Positions 9,096-18,836 of a DNA stretch of 64,000 nucleotides are shown in pieces. The notes below the pieces were generated by a model, which did not search any database, was not told the origin of the DNA, and saw only the letters and a program-made list of their open reading frames with translations. Every line of letters starts with the position of its first letter. Position 1 is the first letter of the stretch. The position numbers and the translations under genes were made by a program. The stretch is from Bdellovibrionota bacterium (GTDB lineage Bacteria; Bdellovibrionota_C; UBA2361; JAAYZI01): positions 48,373 to 112,372 of the forward strand of contig JBMNIF010000005.1 in NCBI GenBank assembly GCA_050950765.1, read 5' to 3'.

Positions 9096-9506
9096 TTAGT
9101 TCTGTTTTTTATTTGCAGCATCAGCGATAGCATCTACGGCAGCCGCATTAAAGGCACGTTGCTGACGAATAAAGTCTTTTAGAAGAACTTGTAAAATAGG
9201 GAAAAGCATCTTTTTAACACCTACAATTACGGGTCCAATCACCTTTCTGTGTGAGGTTATCTCTCTATTTTTTAATGAGACATCCCATAATTGACATAAG
9301 CGACGAAGCTTCTCCAGAGTCTTATCAGATACATCTAGAGATCCAGAGGTAAGGTGCAAATTCATCTTAGAGATATAACTAACATCTGCTGCGCTATAAT
9401 CACCGGCTGCGATACGGTTTTGAACTTTTTCATCAAGAGCGGTAGAAAAAACGGAATCCGACTCACCAGTAATTGTAAACCAATCTGCACCTTGTTGCGT
9501 TTTCAT
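9096..9506 (-). CDS. Hypothetical protein
   Basis: 136-aa ORF with RBS-like AAGGGG; SHRKVIGPVIVGVKK...QQRAFN segment recalls glycan-locus-associated proteins. Confidence 0.6.
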   Translation of the reverse strand: MKTQQGADWFTITGESDSVFSTALDEKVQNRIAAGDYSAADVSYISKMNLHLTSGSLDVSDKTLEKLRRLCQLWDVSLKNREITSHRKVIGPVIVGVKKMLFPILQVLLKDFIRQQRAFNAAAVDAIADAANKKQN

Positions 9507-9581
9507 AGATATCCCCTTCTCACTTTAAAAGGCTCATGCCGTGACAATTTAACCCGATTCTTTAGAAGTGTACAGCTAAAG

Positions 9582-10511
9582 CTAGAACTTATGGCGTTGT
9601 AATTCAAGCCAACGCAACTTATAAAAGTCGTTTCTGGAGGTGATATAACCACTTTCCAAGCCCGCTATGGCCGAAATAATAATTCCAGCTGCATTTAAAA
9701 TTCGATAACTCGGAGTATAAAACGTTGTGCCATTGGTAAAGTAAACCTCTCCACGCTTAACGGCGGGAATATCTTCCCAATACGGGAACTCTTCCAATAC
9801 TTTAAATGATCGGGCTGAATCTTCGACATTCATTCCTTCAGGGGCTATTATTATAACATCAGGACGAAATGATAAGATATCAGACCACTCAACCTCATAG
9901 TTTCCTCGTCCTGTTGTTTCTGCCTGACTAATTGCTGAAGTTAGTCGAATTATATCAGGTATCCATAACGCTGCTAATTTAAGTGGTGCGATACTTGAAA
10001 GGATTGTAACCCTTTTATTATGAACTCTTTCATAAAAGCTACTGGTCCAACACTGGATTTGTGCCTTCACTAAGTTATAAATTTTTATCCCCATTGCAGG
10101 TACTGCTAGGTCTTTAGCCAGTTGCTGGTACATCTGATAGACGCCTTCTAAAGTGCGTGGGTTGTAAACTTTTAATTTAATCCCGTAATTAAAGTCCTCC
10201 TGTAAGACCTCTTCCATCTCTCGTCTTTTTTGTTCTTGGAGATCGTACTTTTTTTCATCAAAGAGCTCTCCACCAACCTTGTCAGGAAATCTGGTTAAAA
10301 TAATATCAGGCGTAACAGTTTTTATCTCTGTAAGAAGAACTTCATCATGCGAAAGTGTTACGGGAGTACCCTTTGGATCGCGAGTCACCACACGACACTC
10401 TTTCAACTTTTCAGGGTATGTTGAACGGTGTGAAACTCCTACAATGTCAGCAGTTAAGTCAAAAGAAACCGCCAATTCTGCTAAAAATGGCTCAAGTGCG
10501 ACAATTTTCAT
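9582..10511 (-). CDS. Fe-siderophore/cobalamin ABC substrate-binding-like protein
   Basis: MKIVALEP...IVGVSH, RPDVIIIAPEG, WEDIPAVKRGEVY motifs; no signal peptide. Confidence 0.75.
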   Translation of the reverse strand: MKIVALEPFLAELAVSFDLTADIVGVSHRSTYPEKLKECRVVTRDPKGTPVTLSHDEVLLTEIKTVTPDIILTRFPDKVGGELFDEKKYDLQEQKRREMEEVLQEDFNYGIKLKVYNPRTLEGVYQMYQQLAKDLAVPAMGIKIYNLVKAQIQCWTSSFYERVHNKRVTILSSIAPLKLAALWIPDIIRLTSAISQAETTGRGNYEVEWSDILSFRPDVIIIAPEGMNVEDSARSFKVLEEFPYWEDIPAVKRGEVYFTNGTTFYTPSYRILNAAGIIISAIAGLESGYITSRNDFYKLRWLELQRHKF

Positions 10512-10737
10512 ATTTAAACCCTTCGATACAAGGTCTACTTCTACAAAAGTTTAGATGTAAGATATTATAGAATTGTTTCTCAAAACGAGAAAATATCAAT
10601 AAAATAAAGATATTATAAATTAGTCAAAAATACCGCCGCTCCCTTCCTGAATAGGTTAAAACCATTACTAAAAAGTTTTTGTATCTGATTATTCTAACTA
10701 AACATCTAACGGGAGTATCTTCTAAAAAGGCAAGACT

Positions 10738-11640
10738 ATGAGAAAAACACATCTTTATACCATTTGTGTGGCGTTAATACTAAGCGGTGTTATTGCGTGT
10801 TCAAGTAATCAAGTTGGATATCTCGGGTTGATGGACAAAGGTGTTTTACCACTTAGTGCAGAGAACGCCTTCCTTGGTGCAAATATATTTTTAGCTCGAG
10901 AGATGGAAAAAGATGATACCTTAATGGCTTTTTTCCGTTCGCACGGTGCTCCCAGTGCGATTGAGTTAAAAAGCAACACCTTTAAGAGTGACCAGCTAAT
11001 CCTTTACTATGCGCACGAAGGTTCGTTTTATAATGGGAACCCTGTTATTGATGAATATAACTCTAGACACTGGATCTTCAGAGGTCCCTATAAGATGCCT
11101 TGGTATAAAGCTAAAAAGATGCAGCCTTTAGTTAGAAATAAATCTCCTGAAGCTGTTTTTTATATTCGTGGAGAATACCAAAGATTTAATAAAGATGGGG
11201 TTGAAGATCGCCACATTGTGCAAGTTATCTTACCGACACCTGTAAAAACACCGACTCCAAAACCAGTCATAAGAAAGAGACCTAAATGGAGACCACAACG
11301 GGCGAGCACTACGGTTGTTAAAGCGACCAGCACCCCTACCCCTGCGCCTGAATTGAATCCATTAGATTTTCAAAAACTTAACGCAGATCAACGTGCTTTA
11401 TTGATGGCAAAAGGGTTTGCACCTCGTGCAGAAAATGGTGATGTTATCCATATAGTCAAACGTGAAGATGAAACTTTGGCAGCTATTGGAAGTTGGTATA
11501 CAGGTTCATCAGAGAACGCCTCAACTATTGCAACTCAGAACGGGCTTTCTCCTGATGCTATCCTTTCGCCTGGAAATCAGATCCGAGTGCCGTTACACCT
11601 CCTAAAAAATAATAAGTTTATGCCGCACGATTATAAGTAA
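10738..11640 (+). CDS. Lipoprotein with C-terminal LysM domain
   Basis: Lipobox VIAC; Pro/Thr-rich linker; HIVKREDETLAAIGSWY...IATQNGL....LSPGNQIRVP. Confidence 0.8.
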   Translation: MRKTHLYTICVALILSGVIACSSNQVGYLGLMDKGVLPLSAENAFLGANIFLAREMEKDDTLMAFFRSHGAPSAIELKSNTFKSDQLILYYAHEGSFYNGNPVIDEYNSRHWIFRGPYKMPWYKAKKMQPLVRNKSPEAVFYIRGEYQRFNKDGVEDRHIVQVILPTPVKTPTPKPVIRKRPKWRPQRASTTVVKATSTPTPAPELNPLDFQKLNADQRALLMAKGFAPRAENGDVIHIVKREDETLAAIGSWYTGSSENASTIATQNGLSPDAILSPGNQIRVPLHLLKNNKFMPHDYK

Positions 11641-11663
11641 TATCTATTAAGATTAGGTGAATT

Positions 11664-12227
11664 ATGTCGTTCCTCTTTGAAGACAAACCCTTTGAAGAAA
11701 TCACTTGGCTAAAAGAACTTCTACCACAAGAAACGGAACTTGATAAAACAAGATTAATGAAGCTCGCCATTGATATTTCAATTTATAGTGCAAAACATGG
11801 CGGCGGTCCTTTCGGAGCTGTGATCGCTAATGAGTTGGGACATATTTTAGAGTGTGGCTGTAATGAAGTTATTCATAAACATGATTCAACCGCACATGCT
11901 GAAATTGTAACGATTAAACGGGCACAAAAACGGTTTAAAACCCACGATCTAAGCACTCTCTGCAACACCCCTATTTTTTTATACTCAAGTTGCACCCCCT
12001 GCATTCAATGTTTCGGTGCCATCTATTGGTCAGGGATAAGTCGTGTCTTTGCGGCAGCACTTAACGAAGATGCTATAAACTTGGGCTTTAACGAAGGTCA
12101 TGTTTCCAAAGAGAATTACGAGATGGCAAAACGGTGCAAAGGGATCGAATACCACCTCGGTTTTTTACGAGACGAAGCCATCAGAGCTTTCGTTGAATAT
12201 AAAGAGAACTCAGGTCCTATCTACTAG
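11664..12227 (+). CDS. Zn-dependent nucleoside/nucleobase deaminase (guanine deaminase-like, cytidine deaminase fold)
   Basis: GGGPFGA, HAE, PCxxC-GAIYWSGI motifs. Confidence 0.88.
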   Translation: MSFLFEDKPFEEITWLKELLPQETELDKTRLMKLAIDISIYSAKHGGGPFGAVIANELGHILECGCNEVIHKHDSTAHAEIVTIKRAQKRFKTHDLSTLCNTPIFLYSSCTPCIQCFGAIYWSGISRVFAAALNEDAINLGFNEGHVSKENYEMAKRCKGIEYHLGFLRDEAIRAFVEYKENSGPIY

Positions 12228-12235
12228 TAAAAACT

Positions 12236-12762
12236 CGGAAGCTAGGGAGAAAAAATGCCCAGGAAAGGGGTCGAACCTTCACCTTTCCTGATCATAGACA
12301 GTTTTTTAAACGCTTTCAGCCTTTAAAAAACTTCTAAAAAAGAGAAGTCCTTCGCCTATTCGGAAGCTAGGGAGAAAAAATGCCCAGGAAAGGGGTCGAA
12401 CCTTCACCTTTCCTGATCATAGACAGTTTTTTAAACGCTTTCAGCTGGATGGTGGCAGCATAGACACTCTTAAGACGCTTTTAAAAAACTTCTCTGCCAT
12501 ACGGTAAATGAGATCAACATCCCAAGCTGAGCATAGACAGTTTTTTAAACGCTTTCAGCCTTTAAAAAACTTCTCCGCCATACGGTAAATGAGATCAACA
12601 TCCTAAGTCAGGAAAGTAAAGAAAAGAATGCCCAGGAAAGGGGTCGAACCTTCACCTTTCCTGATCATAGACAGTTTTTTAAACGCTTTCAGCCTTTAAA
12701 AAACTTCTCCGCCATACGGTAAATGAGATCAACATCCTAAGTCAGGAAAGTAAAGAAAAGAA
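12236..12762. repeat. Composite array: 3 copies of tRNA-Leu 3' end interleaved with 4 palindromic elements
   Basis: TGCCCAGGAAAGGGGTCGAACCTTCAC at 12256, 12381, 12629; AGACAGTTTTTTAAA..TTTAAAAAACTTCT at 12296, 12421 (with insert), 12535, 12669. Confidence 0.92.
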
Positions 12763-12847
12763 TGCCCAGGAAAGGGGTCGAACCTTCACAGCCTATACGG
12801 CTACTAGACCCTTAATCTAGCGTGTCTACCAATTCCACCACCTGGGC
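12763..12847 (-). tRNA. tRNA-Leu, anticodon AAG
   Basis: Cloverleaf: acceptor GCCCAGG/CCTGGGC, D-arm GTGGAATTGGTAGACAC, anticodon stem CTAGA/TCTAG with loop TT-AAG-GG, long variable arm, T-loop TTCGACC, discriminator A; CCA not encoded. Confidence 0.93.
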
Positions 12848-12904
12848 GTAACTCGGGGCTACTTGATAACACCCCTTATAAAATACTGCAATACCACCGA
12901 AATA

Positions 12905-13372
12905 TTATTTTGCAACTTCAGATGTTTCCTTTACACCTTCTTTTACACCTTGATCTGTATTCGGTGTTTCAGAAGATGGTGTTGGTGCAACGGTTGCATC
13001 AGGAGTAGCGCTCTCTTTTTCAGTTGTATCCGTCACAGCCTGAGGCGCAAGATCAAGAGGTGCAGGCGCTTCTATATTATCCAAAGCAGATCCCTTAAGA
13101 ACATCTACCTGAGTCCCTCTACCCTTTATTACTGCAGTTTGTGCTAAATCCTTACTATAATGAACGAGGATGATTGAGGTAAGCATAAAAGCAATTGCAA
13201 TCCCCGTTGTTAATTTAGAGATAACGGATCCGGCAGATCCAGCCCCTAAAATAGACTCAGCTCCTGATCCCATCAAAGCACCGGCATCAGCACCCTTTCC
13301 GTGCTGCAACAAAACCAACAAAATCAGAAAAATGCAGAGAAGAATATGCACTATAAAGATCAGAGTCGACAT
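12905..13372 (-). CDS. secG: Preprotein translocase subunit SecG
   Basis: LVLLQHGKGADAGA...ISKLTTGIAIAF; followed by tRNA-Leu as in the classic secG-leuU arrangement. Confidence 0.95.
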   Translation of the reverse strand: MSTLIFIVHILLCIFLILLVLLQHGKGADAGALMGSGAESILGAGSAGSVISKLTTGIAIAFMLTSIILVHYSKDLAQTAVIKGRGTQVDVLKGSALDNIEAPAPLDLAPQAVTDTTEKESATPDATVAPTPSSETPNTDQGVKEGVKETSEVAK

Positions 13373-13588
13373 TTAAAATCCCATTAAAAATTTCGGTAGC
13401 CCTACACGTAACATTATATTAGACACTTTTTAGCTCGAACTTTAAAGAGAAATCCGAACAGGAGCCCTTTCTATCAAGAAATATTACGATTTTCAATACT
13501 TCAGCACCGTAAAAGGGAGTCTCCTCAATACACAAAAAGTAACGATATCAAGAAGAAACACCAGCAATAGCCGAATAAAAAACAAGAT

Positions 13589-14197
13589 TTACTGAATTTG
13601 ACTCTCTAGCTCTTCCAGCTCTTTTTTCTTTTGTTCAATCTCTTGCTGAAGCTCTTCCGCACTCTTCTGTCTCGGAAATTTCTTCCAATTATTCAACTCT
13701 AATGAGCAACGTGTAGTTATAGCACTAACTCTAAAAACACGTTGTACAGATTGAGCAGGGTTTAAAGTGTATGGATAAGCATCGGATTTAACTTTTCTAT
13801 TATTAGCATCGTACTGAACAACGGATACAGAAACTTGATAACGATCTTCTGAAGTATTAAAAAGTTTCAGCTGCCATTCATCGCCGTTTTTCTTAGAGAC
13901 AGAACCACTGATAGGAGTTTTAGCAAGAGCATCACCTCCCCATGTTCCGCCTAATGTGGTTCCGGAATAACCACTCCCCGAATCAGAAAGAGAGCCAGAC
14001 TTCGGCAACTTCTTCTCCCCTTCCTGATCAGTAGCAGCTTTTTTCTCGGCAGCCTCTATCTTTTTAAGATTTTGCTCCCGTAATTTTAAAATATCCGGAG
14101 CGATATTAAGCTCTTGAGCTGCTGCAACACTAACAACACAAGAGAGGAAAAGAGGGATAAGAATAATATTAGTGCGATATTGAAAATTGATACTCAT
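13589..14197 (-). CDS. Secreted hypothetical protein
   Basis: Signal peptide (VSVAAA-Q), beta-rich core, C-terminal coiled coil. Confidence 0.7.
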   Translation of the reverse strand: MSINFQYRTNIILIPLFLSCVVSVAAAQELNIAPDILKLREQNLKKIEAAEKKAATDQEGEKKLPKSGSLSDSGSGYSGTTLGGTWGGDALAKTPISGSVSKKNGDEWQLKLFNTSEDRYQVSVSVVQYDANNRKVKSDAYPYTLNPAQSVQRVFRVSAITTRCSLELNNWKKFPRQKSAEELQQEIEQKKKELEELESQIQ

Positions 14198-14461
14198 TAA
14201 CTTTTACTCCGTTAATTACAATTTTACCAAGTCTGATACTAAAAAGCTTTTGCAGATTTTCCAAGCTTTAAACAAACATTACTACTAAAAAATCACCTTA
14301 TTTTTGTTGCAACTTCTTTGAAGATCGTAATAGATACAAAGCAAACGAATGAAACAAGATTGCAACACGAGTTTAATTCATACCACTTTTAAGAACTCTT
14401 AACTATACATCTTTTTTCTAATAGTTGCTTGCACCTCCCTCTTATAATATTCTGGGCAGCC

Positions 14462-15112
14462 ATGAGTGATTTTAAGATATTAGTGCTAATTTCAGGGAAA
14501 GGCTCAAATTTAATCAGCCTGCACGAACACGCCGATCGTTATAACATCTCTGCGGTAATCTCTAATAATCCCACTGCTGAAGGGCTTTTATACGCAAAAA
14601 AACATAAGATCCCTGTATACCCTTTTTCTAGATCTGATTTCTCTTCAATGAGCACCTTTAAAGATGCTATTTATCGAGAAGCACTTCAATTAGAACCCGA
14701 TTTAGTAGTGCTGGCAGGTTTTATGCAGATTATTCAACCTCAATTTGTTGAAGCTTTTTATGGAAGGATGATTAATATACACCCTGCACTACTCCCAAAA
14801 TTCCCTGGACTCGATACCCACACCCGAGCCGTCGCTGCCAAAGAGCCTACTCACGGTTGTACGGTACACTTTGTAAACACAGGGATAGATAGTGGTCCCA
14901 TTATAGCGCAAGCAGAGTGTGCCTTAAGTGTTGAAGATACCCCTGAAAGTGCCGCTGCTAAAGTTCTTAAGGAGGAGCATAGAGTATATCCGTGGGTCGT
15001 TAAAAATATCGCTTCAGGGGATATCTCTCTTGTGGAAGATAAAGTTTTATATTCACCTAATCTTCGACGTGATGCAGCCCTTAAGGGATTTAAAATAGGA
15101 CAAAGCTTATGA
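14462..15112 (+). CDS. purN: Phosphoribosylglycinamide formyltransferase
   Basis: LISGKGSNL, LAGFMQI, NIHPALLPKFPG, HGCTVHFV, DSGPII. Confidence 0.96.
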   Translation: MSDFKILVLISGKGSNLISLHEHADRYNISAVISNNPTAEGLLYAKKHKIPVYPFSRSDFSSMSTFKDAIYREALQLEPDLVVLAGFMQIIQPQFVEAFYGRMINIHPALLPKFPGLDTHTRAVAAKEPTHGCTVHFVNTGIDSGPIIAQAECALSVEDTPESAAAKVLKEEHRVYPWVVKNIASGDISLVEDKVLYSPNLRRDAALKGFKIGQSL

Positions 15113-15474
15113 AACCTTTAATGATAATTTTTACATCTCTTCTTTTACTTGTACCATTTGCAACATTAAAAGCAGAATCAAAAACTCCTCCAGAACCTCA
15201 AAAAAACACCTCATCAACCTCATCCAAAACCCCGCTACAAGAAGAGATGATCCCCATCCTGCCTGGAGAAAATGTAAAAATTACAGACTCGGAAGGTAAA
15301 GAGAGATCTATGCGCGTTTGGACAACGGTTAGACCAGCAGACAAGAACACCACTGCAGAACCGCCAAGAGATACCTATTCACAACGACACAAGGATATTA
15401 ACGTTATTGTTGACAGAACAGAGAGACGACACAGACACAACCATACAGACGATCGCACCTTACCTAAAAGGTAA
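15109..15474 (+). CDS. Small secreted hypothetical protein
   Basis: Signal peptide; ATGA overlap with purN stop. Confidence 0.65.
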   Translation: MKPLMIIFTSLLLLVPFATLKAESKTPPEPQKNTSSTSSKTPLQEEMIPILPGENVKITDSEGKERSMRVWTTVRPADKNTTAEPPRDTYSQRHKDINVIVDRTERRHRHNHTDDRTLPKR

Positions 15475-16065
15475 CTAACTAAAAGACGCCACCGCCTCCT
15501 CTAAATTAGCAGACGCAGCTTCTAATTCGTGAAAGAGAAGACCCATCTTTTTCCCCCCACCAAGACAGTTTTTTAAAAGCTTCTAGCTAGAGGGAGATAT
15601 TATAGAGATTCTGTTCTTCGCTTTTAAAAAACTTCTAACTAAAAGACGCCACCGCCTCCTCTAAATTAGCAGACGCAGCTTCTAATTCGTGAAAGAGAAG
15701 ACCCATCTTCTCTCCCCCACCAAGACAGTTTTTTAAAAGCTTCGCTTTTGAAAAGAGTTCTCCCTCTCCACAGTAAATAGAGATCATCATAACCACCTAA
15801 TGTAGACAATTTTTTTTAACGCTTCGCTTTTAAAAAACTTCTAACTAAAAGACGCCACTGCCTCCTCTAAATTAGCAGACGCAGCTTCTAATTCGTGAAA
15901 GAGAAGACCCATCTTTTCCCCCCACCAAGACAGTTTTTTAAAAGCTTCTAGCTAGAGGGAGATATTATAGAGACTTTATTTTTCGCTTTTAAAAAACTTC
16001 TAACTAAAAGACGCCACCGCCTCCTCTAAATTAGCAGACGCAGCTTCTAATTCGTGAAAGAGAAG
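15475..16065. repeat. Composite array: 3 extra copies of the last 66 bp of the ABC-F gene interleaved with 4 palindromic elements
   Basis: 66-bp unit at 15475, 15635, 15841 and in the gene at 16000; palindromes at 15563, 15723, 15804, 15928. Confidence 0.93.
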
Positions 16066-17820
16066 GTCTATCTTCTCCTTTGTACTTTGAATAAGTAAAT
16101 TTAGTTCCTTTACCTCGTCTGTAAATTCACCTTGATAGATCAAGACTAATTTTTCCTCACTATTTTTTAAAACCTCTTCCGCCTCGATAATCTCATTTTC
16201 CAAATCAGTCACGACCTTTTGTAACGGCTTGATGACCTTATTTCTCTGCTCAAGTTGTTCAGCACGCTTTCTTCTCTGTTCACGTTTACTATTTTCAGAA
16301 GCTTCAAGTTTTTTAGGAGAAGTTGAAGCCTCCTCTTCCCATCCGATCCTCTCCAAAAAGTCGTCGTAATTACCTTCAAAAAGGAAGCATTTTCCACCAT
16401 CGAAGACGATTAAACGGTGCACCAACTTACGTAAGATCATCTCGCTATGCGTAACAACTAAAACTGCCCCTTGAAAATCTTTCGCAGCATCGATTAGAGC
16501 CTCCGTTGAAGAGATATCTAGATGGTTCGTTGGCTCATCAAGTAATAAAACATTAGATGGTCGCATTAACAATTTCCCTAAAAGCACCCTACTACGCTCA
16601 CCACCGGAGAGAACCTTTACCTTCTTTAAAGCATCATCATTAGGGAACATCATCAAGCCGCAGATGCTACGAATCCGTGTTCTGCTACTTGAAGGATCTG
16701 CCGCGGCAATCTCCTCCTCCACCGTTAATTCAGGATTTAAACGTTCAATATTAGTTTGCCCAAAGTAGCCGACCTTTGCTTTAGGGGCGAAGGAGACACC
16801 TCCATGTGTTGGCGTAAGTTCTCCCCCTAAAAGACGGAGCAAAGTAGTTTTCCCCTTCCCATTTTTCCCGATGATACCGATCCTGTCTCTAGGCGTAATA
16901 GTTAAGCTCAGGTCTTTAAAAAGGAGATTTTGCGGAGTATAACCGAAGGAGATCTCAGAAACGGTGGCAGCTATCTTCCCCTCAAGAGGCTCTGCCTGAA
17001 ATGCGAAATCCAACTCGGCGATAGCTTCAAGGTGTTTTAATCGATTAACCTTTTCCAGCCCTTTAATTTTTGACTGCACCGCTTTCGCTTTAGTGGATTT
17101 ATATCTGAAGCGTTCAATAAAACGCTCTGTTTGAGCTAATTTTCGCTCCTGATTAAGACGAGTTTGTTCATGGATAGCTTCAGATTCTGCTATCTGACGC
17201 TCAAAGTCTGTGGTTTTACCACGCATCTTACGCACCTGCTGGCGATGAATGCCTAAAGTATGCGTAATTACACTATCCATAAACTCTCGATCGTGACTAA
17301 TTAATAATAATTCATTACGCCAATCTTTTAAAAAAGTTATTAGCCACCGCAAAGAAACGATATCAAGATAATTACTAGGCTCATCAAGGAGTAAGAGGTT
17401 TGGAGTTGTTAATAATAACTTCGCCAATTGCAAACGAATCTGCATCCCACCTGATAAAATTGTCGGAGATTTAGAAAAATCGTCTTGCATAAAACCCAAT
17501 CCCTGCAACATCGCTTTAGCAAGATGGAGTTCTTTTATTCCGCCCTCTACAACAGGCATATCAAGCGCTGCTTCATCAAGAATTGTATCGGTCTTAAAAT
17601 GGATGTGTTGAGTCAAATAACCGATCCTATAATCGGTCGGAACATGGATAGAACCGTGCTCTATCTCTTCAAGACCGGCAATGATTTTAAAGATAGTCGA
17701 CTTCCCCGAGCCGTTAAGCCCCAACACCCCTATCTTTTCACCAGATCCTATGGTGAAGTTCACATCTGAAAAAAGGGTTCTATCTCCGTAACTTTTTGAA
17801 ACATTAATAAACTCTATCAT
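16000..17820 (-). CDS. ABC-F family ATP-binding protein
   Basis: Two ABC domains (GLNGSGKST/LSGG/LLLLDEPSNYLD; GKNGKGKTT/LSGGE/LLLDEPTNHLD), linker, C-terminal coiled coil, no TM. Confidence 0.95.
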   Translation of the reverse strand: MIEFINVSKSYGDRTLFSDVNFTIGSGEKIGVLGLNGSGKSTIFKIIAGLEEIEHGSIHVPTDYRIGYLTQHIHFKTDTILDEAALDMPVVEGGIKELHLAKAMLQGLGFMQDDFSKSPTILSGGMQIRLQLAKLLLTTPNLLLLDEPSNYLDIVSLRWLITFLKDWRNELLLISHDREFMDSVITHTLGIHRQQVRKMRGKTTDFERQIAESEAIHEQTRLNQERKLAQTERFIERFRYKSTKAKAVQSKIKGLEKVNRLKHLEAIAELDFAFQAEPLEGKIAATVSEISFGYTPQNLLFKDLSLTITPRDRIGIIGKNGKGKTTLLRLLGGELTPTHGGVSFAPKAKVGYFGQTNIERLNPELTVEEEIAAADPSSSRTRIRSICGLMMFPNDDALKKVKVLSGGERSRVLLGKLLMRPSNVLLLDEPTNHLDISSTEALIDAAKDFQGAVLVVTHSEMILRKLVHRLIVFDGGKCFLFEGNYDDFLERIGWEEEASTSPKKLEASENSKREQRRKRAEQLEQRNKVIKPLQKVVTDLENEIIEAEEVLKNSEEKLVLIYQGEFTDEVKELNLLIQSTKEKIDLLFHELEAASANLEEAVASFS

Positions 17821-18034
17821 ACTGATGAATTAACTACTTAAAAACATTGACCTTATTAAGGTGTTTGATGTCGTTAGTCTTACATATCCCTGTAAGGATC
17901 ACAAAACCTTATATTTGAATATAATTACTTTATAAATTATATTTATTTCTCTACCCCAAAAGCATTGAAAACGGTAGAATCAGCGACGGAGTTTTGTGTC
18001 ATATTTTTACTAAGGGATATTTTCTTTTTATTTA

Positions 18035-18682
18035 TTGGTTCTTGTGTCAATCGAACAATTTTACCTCTTATTAAATATCTTTTCGGCAGAAAATTTTTAT
18101 AAGTTTTTCTGTTTGGGGATGGTGTGTTTTTTTATTCCGTTATTTGCCTTAGCACAACCTCCTCAAGCAAACGGTAAAGTTTTAAATCTCAATTCTGAAG
18201 ATCGTGGTATGTATAATTTTAGATTAACGGCTTCAATTGATGATCTTCTAGTCGACTCCGATGATAAGTATGACCCGATTACTATTAACCAACTTAGGAT
18301 GTTAAAAGAAGAGGCTCAACCTAGTTGGCATCCTGACGATGTTGATCCCTACCAGTTAAGACGTGTTGCTCAAAAAGCTTTAACGATTGAAGTCGGTCGA
18401 GCTTTTTCTAAACGCATCAATGGTTCTGAATTACGTCCGACATACCGTGCAGCTTTGCGCACCTATCACTCCATACAGGAGCGTTTTAGATACAGCATTC
18501 AAGATAATGGTGATGCCATAACCTTTTCAAGAAAAAATAAAGGGAAGAAGTTATTAGAATTAAATTTGGATTTAAACTTAAAACGGGGCTTAGATCCTCA
18601 GATATTAATCGGCGATTTTATGCGATTTAGGTACGATTATGTCTATAAAAGAGCTATGTTAGAGTACGGTTTCGATTTTTAG
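18035..18682 (+). CDS. Hypothetical exported protein (start uncertain)
   Basis: Hydrophobic N-terminus ending ALA-Q; C-terminal beta-strands ending in F. Confidence 0.6.
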   Translation: MVLVSIEQFYLLLNIFSAENFYKFFCLGMVCFFIPLFALAQPPQANGKVLNLNSEDRGMYNFRLTASIDDLLVDSDDKYDPITINQLRMLKEEAQPSWHPDDVDPYQLRRVAQKALTIEVGRAFSKRINGSELRPTYRAALRTYHSIQERFRYSIQDNGDAITFSRKNKGKKLLELNLDLNLKRGLDPQILIGDFMRFRYDYVYKRAMLEYGFDF

Positions 18683-18836
18683 CTTATATTGATTATCTTA
18701 TTTTTAACTCATCCGTAATTTTCACTATTCCAAAAAAAGATGGTCTTGTGCTAGAACACTTTTAGAAGGGCGTGTGAAAATCAGTCTACAGTAGTACCGA
18801 TTTGAGCCTATGTAATATTTATTAAAGGAATATTTA

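Noticed and set aside
11664-12227. Calling the deaminase tadA
   Set aside because: Lacks TadA-type EVPVGA and TLEPC context; motifs fit the guanine-deaminase-like subgroup
12236-12847. Prophage or genomic island integrated at tRNA-Leu
   Set aside because: The tRNA 3' duplicates are only 125-250 bp apart with no integrase or cargo genes
12763-12847. Reading the tRNA as Leu-TAA
   Set aside because: That register breaks the anticodon stem; the 5-bp stem and 7-nt loop give AAG
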